A stretch of 63,614 nucleotides of DNA, the filler included, from Jimgerdemannia flammicorona (Eukaryota): assembly GCA_003990765.1 (NCBI GenBank). It is 3 parts of 3 records of this genome, joined end to end, with 100 filler letters (N's around TTAATTAATTAA, not from the genome) between each part and the next. Parts side by side here need not be neighbours in the genome. Positions count along the whole stretch, not along the records: positions 21,241 to 42,380 come from RBNJ01001520.1; 2 more parts are not named here. One strand, 5' to 3'. Below the pieces are notes generated by a model. It was given only the letters and a program-made list of their open reading frames with translations, searched no databases and had not been told where the DNA came from. Numbering within the stretch: position 1 is the stretch's first letter; each line of letters begins with the position of its first letter. The position numbers were made by a program, and so were the translations under genes. Shown here piece by piece: positions 25,987 through 39,600 of this stretch.

Positions 25987-28010
25987 TGGATATAAATATT
26001 TAAAGCTCAGCTGGAGTTGCCACCACCTTTTCAGCCCTACCACAGATGATTGCCTTCCGTTCCTTGTAGATAGCCCTCCAGATATGGGCTCCATTCACAC
26101 CACTGCAGAAGGCATCCACTCGCTCTGATGCCACCTTCCTGATATCAGCCATATGGTCCTCATCTACCTCATATTCTTCATCATCCAGAAGCACTGCCAC
26201 CATCACTGTCACCAACTTTGGCCCCTGCAATGCCACATTGAGGAATCTCTCCCAGACCTCCTGCAATCCATTGAATACATCCACTTCCTTGATATCCTCC
26301 TCCGTAAGTTCCTCAAGCACTGCCTGATACCAGTCATCTGCCATCATCACCATGGGCCCAGGAGTGGCTGGCCTCGGAGTCCTACTCAGCTCCTGCAGCA
26401 TCTCTCTATCTGTCAACATATCAGATGCCACATCCACCAGGTCATCCTCCTCAGTGCCTTTCTTCAGCCGAACCACTTTGCCTGCTTCTGGGTATTCCCA
26501 ATGAATATTTGCCGCTCCTGCCATGTGAACATCCTCCAACTGGGTCTCTGGTACTACCTTGATAACCTCCTCAAAGCCCCCAGTGGTCACCTCCTCCTTA
26601 TCAGCCCACTTCCCCTTTACCGGTATATGAGTGGAGTTCTTCACACCCCCTAGTTGCGAAAAGGACACCTCAGCCATCTCCACCTCTTCCATCAGATTTT
26701 TGAGCACCTCAGCTCTTTCCTTTTCCTCCCTTTCTGAGCCCTGGAAGACTGTCTGCAGGCACTCCCAGTTTGCTCTTCACCACCTCTTCCTCCTCCCATC
26801 TGTCGGGATTCAGATCCAGTCTTTGGCAAACTCCTCCCATCTCCGCTTCCACAGTTCCTTCACAGCCTCTCTCTCCTCTAGGGTGACTAGCAATTCCTCC
26901 TCCTCCTGTTTAGAATCCTTTCTTCTCCACACTTTGCACTCCTGCCCTCTGATACGAATTATTTCTGGCCAATCCCTCCCTTGCCCTATGGCCTCCTTGC
27001 CTTCCAGCCTCACCATCACCTCGCAATTGCCATTCCTCAGCTTAGTCCCCTCCCAGAACATGAATCCAAAATCAACCATCTCGCCAAATACCCCCAGTGC
27101 CTCTGCCACCATTCCTTTGGTCTCCTGTCTCCCCAATGTCAGCAGCTCTTCAATCACCAGCTGCACTGCCTGTGGGTCCCATCTCAGGCACCTTGCCATG
27201 CCAACCTTAATGCTCTTGACAACTAGCCCTTTCTCCAAGGCCTTCACCATCTCCTCCTCCTTGACAAATCCTATCTCAACTGCCTCAGCTGATGGGATGA
27301 ACTTCAGTGACTCTGCCCCTGCAATCTCCTCTCCCACTAGCCACAAGACCTCTCTAGCAGACATCCCCAGTCTCAGAAAATTTGCTGAAATGACCCACGT
27401 CGACACCGACTTGTGGAAGAAGGGATGCACCACCAGTTCGCCAGAACCTGCTGCCATCATCACCTTCTTCCTATTCTCTGATACTCCAGCAGTCACCCCA
27501 GCCACCGGCCCAGCCCCAGGAATACCAGTCCCAGCCACACCACTTCCGGACCCCTGGCCCCTAGCAGGCACCTGACCTGTCACCTGACCAGTCACCTGGC
27601 CAGTCACCTGACTCCCACCCCTGTCAACACTACATCCCCTCTGCCCTACCACCATGGGCCTAGTAGCCGCCCTCCTGCCCACTATCACTGTGTGCCAACT
27701 CTCAATACCAGCCTGCCTCCCCTGACCACCTACTTCTCTTGCCCCTACACCAGCTCCAACTGTTGCTGCAAAACTCTTAGAGAGACCCAGACCAGGCCTC
27801 CTCCTCTCCAAATGCTCAGAGCTTGATAAACCCTGGGTCGCCATCCAACGAAAACTCCACCGAAACAGATGAGACTTGTTGTATACTGTAGCTAGACTCC
27901 TGCTGCACCTTATACACCAGAATAGATGATGGGAAAACTTGAAAATGTGTTGCTTGTCGCGAAAAGATGTCCGTGTAACTTAGCTTGCTCTGAATGGTTC
28001 GAGCAAAAGG
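25987..28010 (-). mobile_element. L1-clade LINE family B: 5' UTR and ORF1 (27844-26000, two in-frame TGA stops); family A copy 1 abuts just after the ORF1 stop
   Basis: ORF1 is a diverged homologue of family A ORF1 (RCLRWDPQAVQL vs RCLRWDPRVVQL; EEYEVDE vs EGYEVDE). 12-bp QVTG tandem repeat at ~27563-27611. 5' boundary approximate. Confidence 0.75.
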
Positions 28011-28091
28011 AGTCTATATATCTGAAGTCTCCTAGAGCTACTTCTTGGAAATAAGCTAGAGCTGTTTCATCTTCTCTAAATAACTTATGCA

Positions 28092-28094
<3 letters not shown>

Positions 28095-28173
<79 letters not shown>

Positions 28174-28268
28174 GTCCCTTGGACTCCGTCTTTATTACCA
28201 GTCTATGAATAAGTATACAATATCACTACCCACTATCCGATCCCCATTGGGGGGCCCCTCCCCTCCTC

Positions 28269-28321
<53 letters not shown>

Positions 28322-28553
28322 GTCCCTTGGACTCCGTCTTTATTACCAGTCTATGAATAAGTATACAATATCACTACCCACTATCCGATCCCCATTGGGG
28401 GGCCCCTCCCCACCTCTTCACGTATAAAGATCACCCTCTCATCAATAACTCCAACTCTCCCACCACTCTGACCACAGATTTTCACCACCAAGTGGCGCCT
28501 CTGACCCCCCTGCAGCCCCCAACCAAGCCACCAGCCTGTCAAGGTATCCTCCA
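28095..28553 (-). mobile_element. 5'-truncated L1 3' end with duplicated terminus and two poly(A) tails, inside one TSD
   Basis: TSD aacttatgcactc at 28082-28094 and 28554-28566; T tracts 28095-28170 and 28274-28318; ~100-bp unit at 28171-28271 and 28319-28419; encodes the ORF2 C-terminus (LTGWWLGWGLQGG..), as at 42260. Confidence 0.9.
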
Positions 28554-29008
28554 AACTTATGCACTCTTTTAGCAATAGTGATCTGAGTATAGAAGAGCTG
28601 ACACTCTTGGATCTAATCTTCTTTTTTTCATTTCTGGCTTCAAGTTTAGTAGTTGCCTCAACTTGAAGTATTTCAGAAACTCAGTTCAGTTCTAATAGAT
28701 CTTGAAGTGTGAAATTTATAACAAGTGTATCTGTACTATACTCTGTATACTATTAAAGAATTTCTCTATAGTTGGTAGCTTGGTGAAACACTACTATCTT
28801 TCTATGACTCTTTGGATAATACTGGTAATCTTGAGGATAATGACATTACTTCACTGACTAGTTATGATATTTCTTGAGTTAGTTTTGATAGATAGTAGTA
28901 TAGATAATTGTACCTAAGAGTTTTTATAGCCAAAAGGTAGTTTCTTTTATATCTTATACCAGATAAGATTCTTCCCACTTAGGCTCCAGTTTTCATAACT
29001 ATAAAGCT

Positions 29009-29010
<2 letters not shown>

Positions 29011-29044
<34 letters not shown>

Positions 29045-30227
29045 GGACTCAATGTCCTACAGATTTTATTAAAAGAGAACCTAGACTATATAGGTTTAAA
29101 TCCTCTCTCACCATCTACCAGACATTATTCTCCTATTAACCTAGTCTATTGAATTGTCCTGTAGTCTCACTATTTCAGCTATATATATTGAATATACTGA
29201 CTCCCACTATATAGACTAGACTTATCTATTTATCAGAACTGGATCATCATGACTACATGTAAGAACCACCTATACATTGGATCTAGTAATACTGGAACTA
29301 AATAAGGAATAGTCTCTCAAACTCCAAATAAAGGCTCAAGATAAAGAAAACCCTCCAACTAGCCAACAGAAGATGGAATAGATTCAAAGTAAGTAAGTAA
29401 AGAACTTATATATAGAACCCCCTCAAAAGGACTGACACATAGACTAAGGCTTGAAAAATCCCCACTCTCACTTCCCAAGTCTACAGGCCTCAATTACATT
29501 ACTATGTCAGCTCTCAGTTCTAGTTGGGCACTGCCAAATGAGAGAGGACCCACTCTCTAAGCCTATGGATCTTGATCACATTGCTGTATCAGCTCCTAGT
29601 TCCAGTTGGATATAGCCAGGACACTGACTCCTATTCTACTCTACCTCCTGCCAGCCAATCAAAAGGTCCTACTAAGATAATACCTATATCAACCCTGATG
29701 ACCACTCCTAGTCTGGCACTCTACTGGTCTACCATTATCACCCTTCTGCCTATTTATAATAGTCATCTTCCCTCTCATCCCAACTTCTAAAAAGCAGTTA
29801 TCTATACCAGAACTATACTTGCCAGAAAGCTTACCAAAGCTTGGAGGGCCCCACCACAGATACTGGAGACCAGTAGATAATCTACACTAGTACTTAATAT
29901 CTAAGTTTGGCCAACTTTATATATAGTCTGTAATATACTGAGATGACATTTTATTGATGATAGCAAAAGAAAGAAAGCACTACACTAAAATGAATATATC
30001 TCAGATATAGGCAAAGATATCAGAAATAACAAAAAAGTAGAGAAGACACCAATCTGATACCAATAAAGGGGCAACTCATCACTATTACCTCTCTCTCACT
30101 GCCCTGCAATAGGTACAGTAAACCCATCCAAGGTAGAGGGTATAAGTTATGGAAAGTGGACTCAGAAGGTTGCCTATCAAATCTTGTAACTGGTAAGATA
30201 GTAGAGAAAGGGCATCTATTGAGTTTG
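29011..30227 (-). mobile_element. Non-autonomous poly(A) retroposon (~1.2 kb) with 13-bp TSD
   Basis: actataaagcttc at 28998-29010 and 30228-30240; T tract 29011-29041; interrupts the Gypsy integrase C-terminus; no RT or EN motif recognised. Confidence 0.85.
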
Positions 30228-33200
30228 ACTATAAAGCTTCTACTATATTCTAATATATGTGGACTTTATCTCCTATCTTGATAATCTCCAGAGGCTTATA
30301 AATCTTTTCTACATTATTCTGTTATAGTGTCTGTATCTTAATTATGTAATCCTTGGTCTTTTTCCTAATTTGGTATAGTCTCTATATCTCTATATCTATA
30401 TACTTCCATATAGTATCTCTATTGAATGATAGGATTTCTTGAGAACTTTTCTCTCCAAACAGCATCTCACAAGGAGTAAAGTGGATACTTGTAATTGAAT
30501 ATCTCTAAGAGCAGATAATGCTATTGACAGATAGTAGTCTCAGTTTTTGTAGTTATTATAGATCTTGGCAATGATGTTCTTGAGAGTTTATTGGTCTTTT
30601 CTACTTATCTATTTCTCTGAAGGTGATAGGCTATAGTCTGAATGTACTGGATCTTATACTTCTTATAGAGAATCTCAAAGAGCTGGTTTACAAACTCTAT
30701 TCTTCTATCCATAGTTACTTATATTGGGGTCTTGAGTCAGCAGATAATTTCTTTGTAAAAGAAATTAGTAATTAACTATATATTAGCTTCTTTGGGGGGT
30801 CTTACCTCTATTTATTTCATAAAAGGATCTACAATAACAATGATGTATTAGTTGTTATTCAAAGTCAAAGATAGAGGGCCAATTATATCAATTGCTATAT
30901 AGACAAAGGGTACTAATTCTATATGTACTGATTCTGAGATCTGATATCATTTGATTGTTTGCTCCTTCTTATGTTCAGATATGATTAGTAGTTTTTCTTT
31001 CTTTAGTATTTCTCCATTGGTCTCAAATTGTTTCCACATTTTGTTGATAATCATTTATATCTATTCTTTCAGATGTTGGGGCATCTTTCACTATCTCAGA
31101 TAGGTGATAATTCTATAGTAGTACTCCTTATTCATAGTTGATTTGCTGGTTGGAAGTTCTTTGGAGTATTCATGAGAGAGTATTTGCATTGATATTGATT
31201 CTTCCAGAGTAGTGTATGATGGTTACATCATAGGCTTGTAACTTCATAATTTATCTGACATAGATTCCTTTGGGTTACCTGATGGTCAGTAGCTAAGTAA
31301 GGGCTGAGTATCTGTCTAGATAGTAAAGTATCTTCTAGAAAGATAGTAGTAGAACTTTTCTATAACTCAGATAACTACAAGGCATTCTAACTTATAGAAT
31401 TCATATTCTTTTTCAGCTCCTCAGGTTCCTTGGCTAAGATATGCAATGATATTCTCTACTTTGTCTTTCTTCTAAACCAAAACTACTCCTAGTTCTTATA
31501 TACTTGCATCTGTTTGTAAAATGAATTCTTGAGTCCAATTGGGTCTTCTGAGGATGTATACTTAGTTCAGTCTAATCTTGAGCTCATCAAATGCTTTTTA
31601 TTACCTATCTATCTATTGGAACTTGATATTCTTCTTGTTGAGTACATAAATTGGATCTACAATATTGGAGAATTCTCTAATAAATCTGTAATAGTATGAG
31701 ATGAGTCCTATGAAGGCTTAGGCTTCAGTAATAGTGGTGGGCCTTAGATATACTACTACTACTTAAATTTTGAGAGAGCCTATATGTGTTCCATCTTAAT
31801 TTATAATATGGCTGAGATAGGAGATCTCAATTTCTGTAAACTTATACTTCTTGGACTTAATATATAGGCCATACTTTCTTAGCTTCTCTATTATCGACTG
31901 GATGTACTGTAGATATTCTTCTGATGTCTTACTATAGATAATAAAATCATATATATAAACCATCATCCATCTTCTCATATTATAGTAGATAATTTTGTTC
32001 ATTATTCACTGAAAGCTTACTGGTACATTATATATTTCAAATGGTATTTATAGATAGACATAGACTCCATCTGAGGTGATGAAGGCTAATTTTCACTTAC
32101 TACTTCAGTGAGGCTGATTTGATAGAATCCTGAGTACAAATCTAAGGTATTTTAATACTATACTTTAACTCTCAGAGTTACAAAGATATTACTGATGAGG
32201 GGCAGTAGTTGGTAATCCTTTATGATAGCCAGGGTGAGCTTTCTGTAATCAGTACAGAGTCTTGAAGAAAATTCTACTAGTTTGCTTCTTTTTTTCAGAG
32301 TCAGTATAACTGGTAAAGCTCAAGGATTACTGACTTCTTTAATGATACCAGCTTTTTCCATTTGCTTGATTTCTTCTCTGAGCTATTTCTGGTAGGTTGG
32401 CAGAATTGGTCTTGCTTTTTGATAGATTGGTTTGGTGTCTCCTGTATCTATATTATAGTAGTAGTGTAGTGTCTTTTCTTTAATGTCTTTGAAATCTGTA
32501 GCCAGAACATCCTCAAATTTATAAAGTCTCTTCTTGAGTTCCTTCTTGAGCAGGAATTCATTTCTGATAGTATAGCTATACTTATTTGTAGTTTTCTCCT
32601 TCTTGTGATTCAATTTAGTAATCTTGGTACTAGCAAATACTCCTCTTTCAGTAGATCTGAATTCTTTCTTTTCTCTTTCTGTTTTCTCCAACTTCTTGAC
32701 TTCCATGATCTTTGGCTGAAGAACTGAGAAGATTAACATCTGTGTCAGTCAGTCCTTCTTTTTAATTGGAAATAGAATTATTGAGTTGTAGTTCCTAGCA
32801 ATGAGTAGTATTTCTCTAATATAATCTAAATTAATGACTTCTCCTTCAATAGTAATCTCACTCCTAGCTAGACTGCTTCTCACCTTAAGGATCTCAATAT
32901 AGTTCTCTGAAATAGTTATCTCCAGACTAGTTATGAGTAGAGTAGTTGTCTGGAGCTTTAGTACAGTTTTCTCTACTATAGCAATATCTATTTCTATTAT
33001 ATTTTCTGACTTATACTCTGATAGGACTATATTAGAGTAGATTTTCCAAATCTGATCTTTATTTCTTCTTTGTCATTACTGTTCTCTAGAAGAGCTGGTG
33101 GTTTATCATTCTCTTTCTCCTCCTTCTCTTCTCTTATATATTTCTTGAGGGCCTTTTGTCTTCTTTTATAGTAGATCTTCTTGATTTTACTGATATATTA

Positions 33201-35223
33201 GTAGTAATTATTAATATACTCTATATAGTACATCTTGATTTCATAGAAGCAGACTTCTTGTAGTATATATATATTCTTCTATAATCTTCTTGCACTATTC
33301 TTCTATACTTATCTATTTAACTTTCTTCTTCTTTTTCTGAATAATCACTATATAGGTCTCTTCTTACTCACTTTCTTCTTTCTTTATTTTGGTGAGTACT
33401 TCTTTATTGATATTGATAGAAATTCACATCTTCTGGACATTTAGATCAATTATTGCTTTAGCTTTGTCAAGCCACTAGTTGCTGATGAGGATGTTATAGT
33501 TGGTAGTATTGGTTATGATCATATCTATCAAGATAGTTGCTCTTTCAAACTTACTGAAAATATCTCAGATCTTTTCTAGAAGTATAGCTCTTGTATCATC
33601 TGCTATAATGAATATCAATTTGATTACTTCTTCAATCTTTCAATCTAGGCTATCTGCTGCTTTTTTACTGAGGAGATATCTTTTTACTCTGGTGTCAATA
33701 ATGGCTTTAAAGACCCTATCTTCAATCTGACAGATTGCATAGGCAGAGGTCTTGCAATTGTCTTCACTTACTTCTCCTAAGTCTTCTTGAATATTGTTGG
33801 CCTCAGTTATCTTCCAATCTTACTTCTTGGTTATCTTAATAAGTCCATATCTCATTTGTTATTTAAATGTGAGAATTTCTATCAACTGGTTGAAGATTGT
33901 ATTGACCTTTTATTGACTAAGGTCCTTGAAAATATTATACTTGAAGGTCTTGGTTTTGTAGAGCTTTTTCTTCTTTTCTCTTTTGCTGGCTAGAGTAGTT
34001 TCTTGATGATGTCTTGAACAGTCTGTTCCAACTCTATATTTTGATTCATTTCTTTGGCTTGACTTTCTGTAGCAGTCTCTATCTGTTTTTCCCCAGAGTT
34101 CTTCTTGGGTCTCTCTGGTGGTCTCTTGAAGGGTTTCTTATGAACATCCTTCTTAGTGGTCTATATAGAGTAAGCCTCCTATTCTTTTTCATCAGATTCT
34201 CTAATTTCTTTAAAGGTAATAGTATTGGTTTGTTCTCTATTTTGAGTAGTATTGCTTGACTATATGTTATACTTAGTTTCCTTATATATATATTTATATA
34301 AGTAGTGATCTTTTTCTCTATAGATAGAGTAGGTAACTCTCTCTTCTTATCTGAGATAGTAGCAAACTTCTGAACTGAGTGATGGTCTCTTCCTCTGATC
34401 TCTTTTATTATATCTCCTAAGTAGGTAGTCATTTCAGCAAACTTCTTGACTAGCTCCTCTATAGGGTTACTATTTCTCTACTGCTCAGTAGCTCTTAGCT
34501 AAGGTGTGTTTCAATTGATCACTATAGTAGAAATCACACTGATTGCCTTGGGTACTTCAATTCTGACTCTAGTAATACTTTCTATTATATGGTCTTGTAA
34601 GATGTCTGGCTATCCAGTATCACTAGATATAGGTAACCTTTTGTACTAGATCTAGAACTACTAGTGATGAGTAGATAGCCATAACTATCTCTGAGTAGAC
34701 TCTCTTCATAAAGGTTGCCTCTATGACTTGGTCTCAGATGGTAGTAGCATAATCTGTAAGAATTATCTAATATTGAATTCTGGTATAGAATGTGTTTAGA
34801 TTCTTGCTTATTCCTTAATATATTATATTGAGTTAATTCTTCAGAGCTTGCTTGATCTCATCTGTATAGTAGGTGGCTTAGAGCTAGGCCTTCTGTACTA
34901 CTAGTATAGTATTGTCATTATTTCTCATATAGGTTATATTTGTGAATACTGCTCTTGTTAGACCTCAGAGACTGAAGAGCATGAGGGTTACTTTCTGTCT
35001 TACTGTCAAAGTCCTTATAGTAATATATGTATTACCCAAAATCATCAATAAAGGTGATGATTGATTTGTCTGAAATATATCTGTGAAATACTAGTAATCT
35101 TATATCCATCTTGTCTAGATGTCTTGGTTCAATTTGTATAGTTGTTCAAGTAGTAGCAGTTATTCATTGTATAGCTTAAAAGTGAGAGATTTATCTTGAA
35201 TTACCAGTCAATAGACACTAAGT

Positions 35224-35723
35224 TGTAATATAGTAGACACATAACTATATAAGTATTTCAGATTTCTATATTTTGAAAATGTGATCTTCTTTAACTTGGT
35301 AGAGTTCTCAGAATGTAGGAGTGAGTGAGTTTGAAGTATATCTACCTGTAGGCTTACTAGTTCTCTAGTTTTCTCTTTGCTTTGAACTATTTCAATCTGA
35401 GATTTATTTACTCTAGATGCTAGAGATATTTATACAAGTTTGCTAGCTATAAGGTGGCTAAGTTGTGAGTCACTTTTTACAAGTATTAGATCTTTTCAGT
35501 ATCTGCAGGAGGTTTTAGCAGTTGTAGGGATTTTGATATTCTTTTTTTTTTTTATTAGGAGTTTTGATATCTGTAGAATTTTTAGCAGTTGCCAAAGTTT
35601 TCTATATTTGTAAAATATGACTACTATTTATATAGCTAAGCTATATTTGGGAATTGTATTTAAGTATTATAATCAAATATCTATTCTTCTAATTTATATT
35701 CCTAATTTAGATCAACTGTTACA
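35224..35723 (-). repeat. 5' LTR (500 bp) of the decayed Gypsy element
   Basis: TGTAATA...TGTTACA termini; same agt-tgtaata junction as at 23231-23240. No partner LTR in the window. Confidence 0.65.
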
Positions 35724-35761
35724 ATATACTTGATCACTATATCTGAAATACTTATACTTAC

Positions 35762-36293
35762 AAGCTTACAAGTCTGCAATTCTGTAAGCAATAAGTATAA
35801 GCTAAGAACTTTGAATATTATAACCTACAATTCTATAGACAATAAGCATAAGCTAAGAGCTTCAAATATTGCAAAAGAGTAAAAAGTATAAGCTAAGAGC
35901 TTCAAATATTGTAATAAGAGTAAAAAGTATAAGCTAAGAGCTTTAAATATAATAATAAGTGCAAGCTCATAATCCTATGAGTAATAAGTATAAGCCAAGA
36001 GCTTTGAATATTGCAATAAGTATAAGTCCACAATCCTGTGAGCAATAAGTATAAACCAAGAGCTTTGAATATTACAACAAGTATAAGTCTGCAATCTCAT
36101 AAGCAATAAAAGCCCACAAGTCTTAAATTATATGAACAATAAGTATAAGACAAGAGCTTCAAATATTACAACAAGTATAAGCCTATAATTCTATATACAA
36201 TAAGTATAAGCTGAGAGCTTTAAATATTACAATAAGCATAAGCCTATAAGTAATAAGTATAAGTTGAGAGCTTCAGATATTACAACAAGTACA
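35762..36293. repeat. Minisatellite of ~16 units sharing CAATAAGTATAAG, largely alternating ~32-bp and ~29-bp subunits
   Basis: A = caataagtataagctaagagcttcaaatattg; B = caataagtataagtccacaatcctgtgag; variants mostly transitions. Confidence 0.85.
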
Positions 36294-36621
36294 GGTAAAA
36301 TGTATATATAAATAAGCTGACTTTAATAATAAAAACCACCCTAAAAACCAAAAATCAAAAAATGTTCTCACTTTATAAAAAACTTTAATTCTATATTAAT
36401 TATCTTTTTAGAGCCTTTGAGGATATGAACAATACTATCAACAAGATAGTTATCTGATTGGATGATGAAGAATCTAAGACTGATGATAAATATAAGAAGA
36501 AGAAGATTAAAGAAGTAATTAAGTAATTTATCTCAAAGACTATATCTGAAGCTACTCCTTAGACAGCTTCTGAAGTCTCTACTCCTGAGATCTCTGAGAT
36601 CCCTGAAGATATCACCCAAGC

Positions 36622-39600
36622 CCCACCTTTCTCCTGTACAATTCATGTTACACAAAACTTTAAGCAACAGTTTTCGACACAACTAGGAGAAATAGTACTA
36701 TCAAAATGTCATCAAGCAAGAGCGCGGGTGGGCATACTGAGTCAGGGGGATCTGGGGCTTCTGGCTGGCAGAATGTGGGGAGGGGTTATGGCCTGAGGAT
36801 GGGGGCCTTTGGAGGGTCGAAGGGCAGTGAGGGCTCTGGAGGAGGATCAGTAGCAGGTGGTAATGGGAGAAGGACTGGCCCCTCAAGCTTTGCTGACAAG
36901 GTGAAGGAGAGTGGATGACCAGCTGGAGACAGGGCTGGTGCTGCTGTGGGGAAGGACAAGGTGAGCTTTGGGAGGGGGGGAGGTCCTCAGACTGGGGGTA
37001 TGAGCATAGGGTCTAGAGATGTTGTGGCTGGAGGTGGGACTGCTGATGGAGGTGTGACGGGGAATCAGGAAAAAAAAAGAGATGTGATGGCTGATGGCAG
37101 AGTGGGGCTGGGGCTACCAATTCAGAAGGGGGATCTGGCTGATGGTGTGATGGGGCTGGTGGTGGCACCATTACTCAAGAAGTCAGTTTCAGAGTTCACA
37201 GCTACCTTGTGCTTCTGGGGCTTGGCAGTGACAGCAAGGATGGTCCTGGGGCTTATCTTGCAGCAGGTGGCTGGGGCAGCCTTGGTGAAGTTCCTAAAGG
37301 GGCTGGAGGGAGTGGAGGTGGGCTTTGAGGAAGCAGGCCCACTGGATGAGGTGATGAAGGCTAGAGTAGTGGTTGGCAAAGTGGTGGTCCCAATGGTATG
37401 CTGCCTTAGGTGGGACTCCAGGGTGGTACAGCTGTTAGTCAAAGGGGTACCTACAGTAATGAAGGTTGAGACTAGGAGGAGGGTAGAGGAGGTGGTGGTG
37501 GAGTATAGCAATGTGGTAGATATCAGCTTCTGGGTGTGGGAGGGGACAGCAATCAGGACAGGTGATGTGGATGTCAGGATTAGGCTGGCAGAGAGGGAGG
37601 CCACTGGAAAGGCAAATGACTTGCCCTCGGTGTTGATGTGGGGAGCTGTTATCTGTAGGGTATCAAGGGTGAAGGGAAGTGAAGAGGAGGAGGAGGACTT
37701 ATTGGAAGTGCTGGAGGAGTTGAGTGGTGCAGTTGAGCAGAGGGCGAAGGCCTAGAAGCTCTATGAGGAGACGACATATCTGGAGATTGTGGAGGGGAAG
37801 AGGATTTGAACTGACAAGGGGCAGTGGGAGTGGGCCCAGGGGCACAAGCGGCAGAGAGAGCTGTTGGAGAGTATGAGCAGTGGGGCTAAGAAGAAGATAG
37901 ATAGCACTGGGGAGACTGGGGACAACGAGGCCAGTGTCTGGGCTAGTAAAGGAGGAAGGGAGGTAGAGGTGAACAAGGAAGGGGCTGAGAAGGTGCCGAA
38001 CAAGGACCCCTATGCAGACGGTACATTTGAAGTCTGGGAGCAGGAGTTGGATACTACTCCCCCCTCTCTTATCAGGAAGGGCCCAATGGCAAAGTGAGGG
38101 GCAGCAGATGATGTATTGATGAAGAGGGTGCAGAGGGTACAATTTAGAGTCCCCAATGTAGTGAAAGGGGGTCAGGTAGTGGCAGTTGGTGAGGATGAGC
38201 TGGTGGATGTCCCAGAGGAGGAGTGGGATGAGGCTGCCAGTGTAGGAGCTGATACCACAATGTTGGATGCAGGGTGGCCAGGGACTCCAGGAGGGAAGGA
38301 GGTGGGGAACCTGCTGTGGATGAGCAAGGTGATGGATAACCTTGCAGCAGAGGCATTGGGGGAAGTGGACCTGTATATAATGCCTGAGGAGCATTGGGCA
38401 CGGATTCTGCATAGAGATGGTGTGATAGAGGTGCTGAAGATAGAGATTCTTGCGATCTTCCTGAAGGAGGAGAGATATGAGGTGGATGAGGTTAGGAAGG
38501 TGGAGCTGGGGGTTGTTGCTAGTGAGTGGGCTGCCTACTGTTGGGCAGAGTATCATGGTTTGCAGCTCTGGCAGGAGGCCTGTCTGGACTATTGTGAGGA
38601 CTTTGAGGAGAGAGAAGATGGGGTGATGGTGGAACTTCTGGGAGGATTGGAGGCACGGAAGGCAGGTGAAAGGGAGCTAGCTGCTGAACATGACTTGGAC
38701 TTGGTACAGGGGAGCTGAATGCGGACTTGTAGAGGATGGGATCACTACATTACATTTTTCTTATAAACAGTATAACCAATATTTTCTCTCTGAATGTGAA
38801 TGGATTAAGGGGAGCAGGGCAGCATAAGAATATTTTACTTGGCTCAAGGGATTGGAGGCTGATCTCCTTTTACTACAGAATGTATGGTGTGAGGATGAGG
38901 ATGATCAGGTAGAGTGGACTAGGGAATGGGGTGGGGCTACTGCTTGGTTTGGAAAAGTGGCAATTCTGGTGAGAAAGGGTAGAGAAGATTTGGAGGGAAT
39001 CAGGAGCTGGGGGGATCGATTGGTCTGGGGAGATTGGCATCAGCCAGGATGGGAGTTGGTGAGAGTTGGCTCTTGCTACTGTCCAGCAGTTAGGAGTGAG
39101 AGGACTGCATGGATTAAGGAGCTGCTGGAGAAGGGTATTCTCTTGGAGGAAGGGGTCGATGTTCTTGATAGGGACTTCAATATGGTTCGGGATCAGCATC
39201 TAGACAGAACTGATGGAGAGAGGAATGCAGGGGGGAGAAGTAGAGGTCTGGATGCTTGGGAGGAGGTGGAGAACTTGAGCTCCTTAGGAGATATGGGCAG
39301 AACACAGTGGGGCAATACCAGGATCTACACACATTGGGTGAATGGCCTGGGTACTAGGATTGACTGGATTCTGATGGCCAAGTGTTGGGGTTTCAATGTT
39401 TGAAAGACATTGGAGGTAGAGTGGTGCCCGTGGTCTGATCACTGGGGACTTTTTGGGGCAGGGGCAGTTTGGGGGGAGTGGAGATGGACCTGGACATTGG
39501 TGCCTTAACTCCTCTCTGCTGGCCAAGAAGAGGTTGTGGGGCTCTTGGGTGGAGGACATTCAGGCAAAGATCTGTACCTGAAGGTATGAGGGTTTGTCTG

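Larger units (their letters stand above)
28011..35723 (-). mobile_element. Heavily decayed Ty3/Gypsy element without chromodomain: 5' LTR, gag, PR, RT, RNase H, integrase, 3' extension; carries two non-LTR insertions; no 3' LTR seen
   Basis: PR AIIDTR (~33700); RT ..VYIYDFIIYSKT.. (~31950); RNase H FILQTDAS (~31520); IN IAIDIIGPL (~30890); KIGDKV..KLEPKWE split by the 29011-30227 insertion. Confidence 0.8.

Noticed and set aside
35762..36293. CRISPR-like repeat-spacer array
   Set aside because: Intervening segments fall into two recurring classes rather than unique spacers; eukaryotic context, no cas genes.
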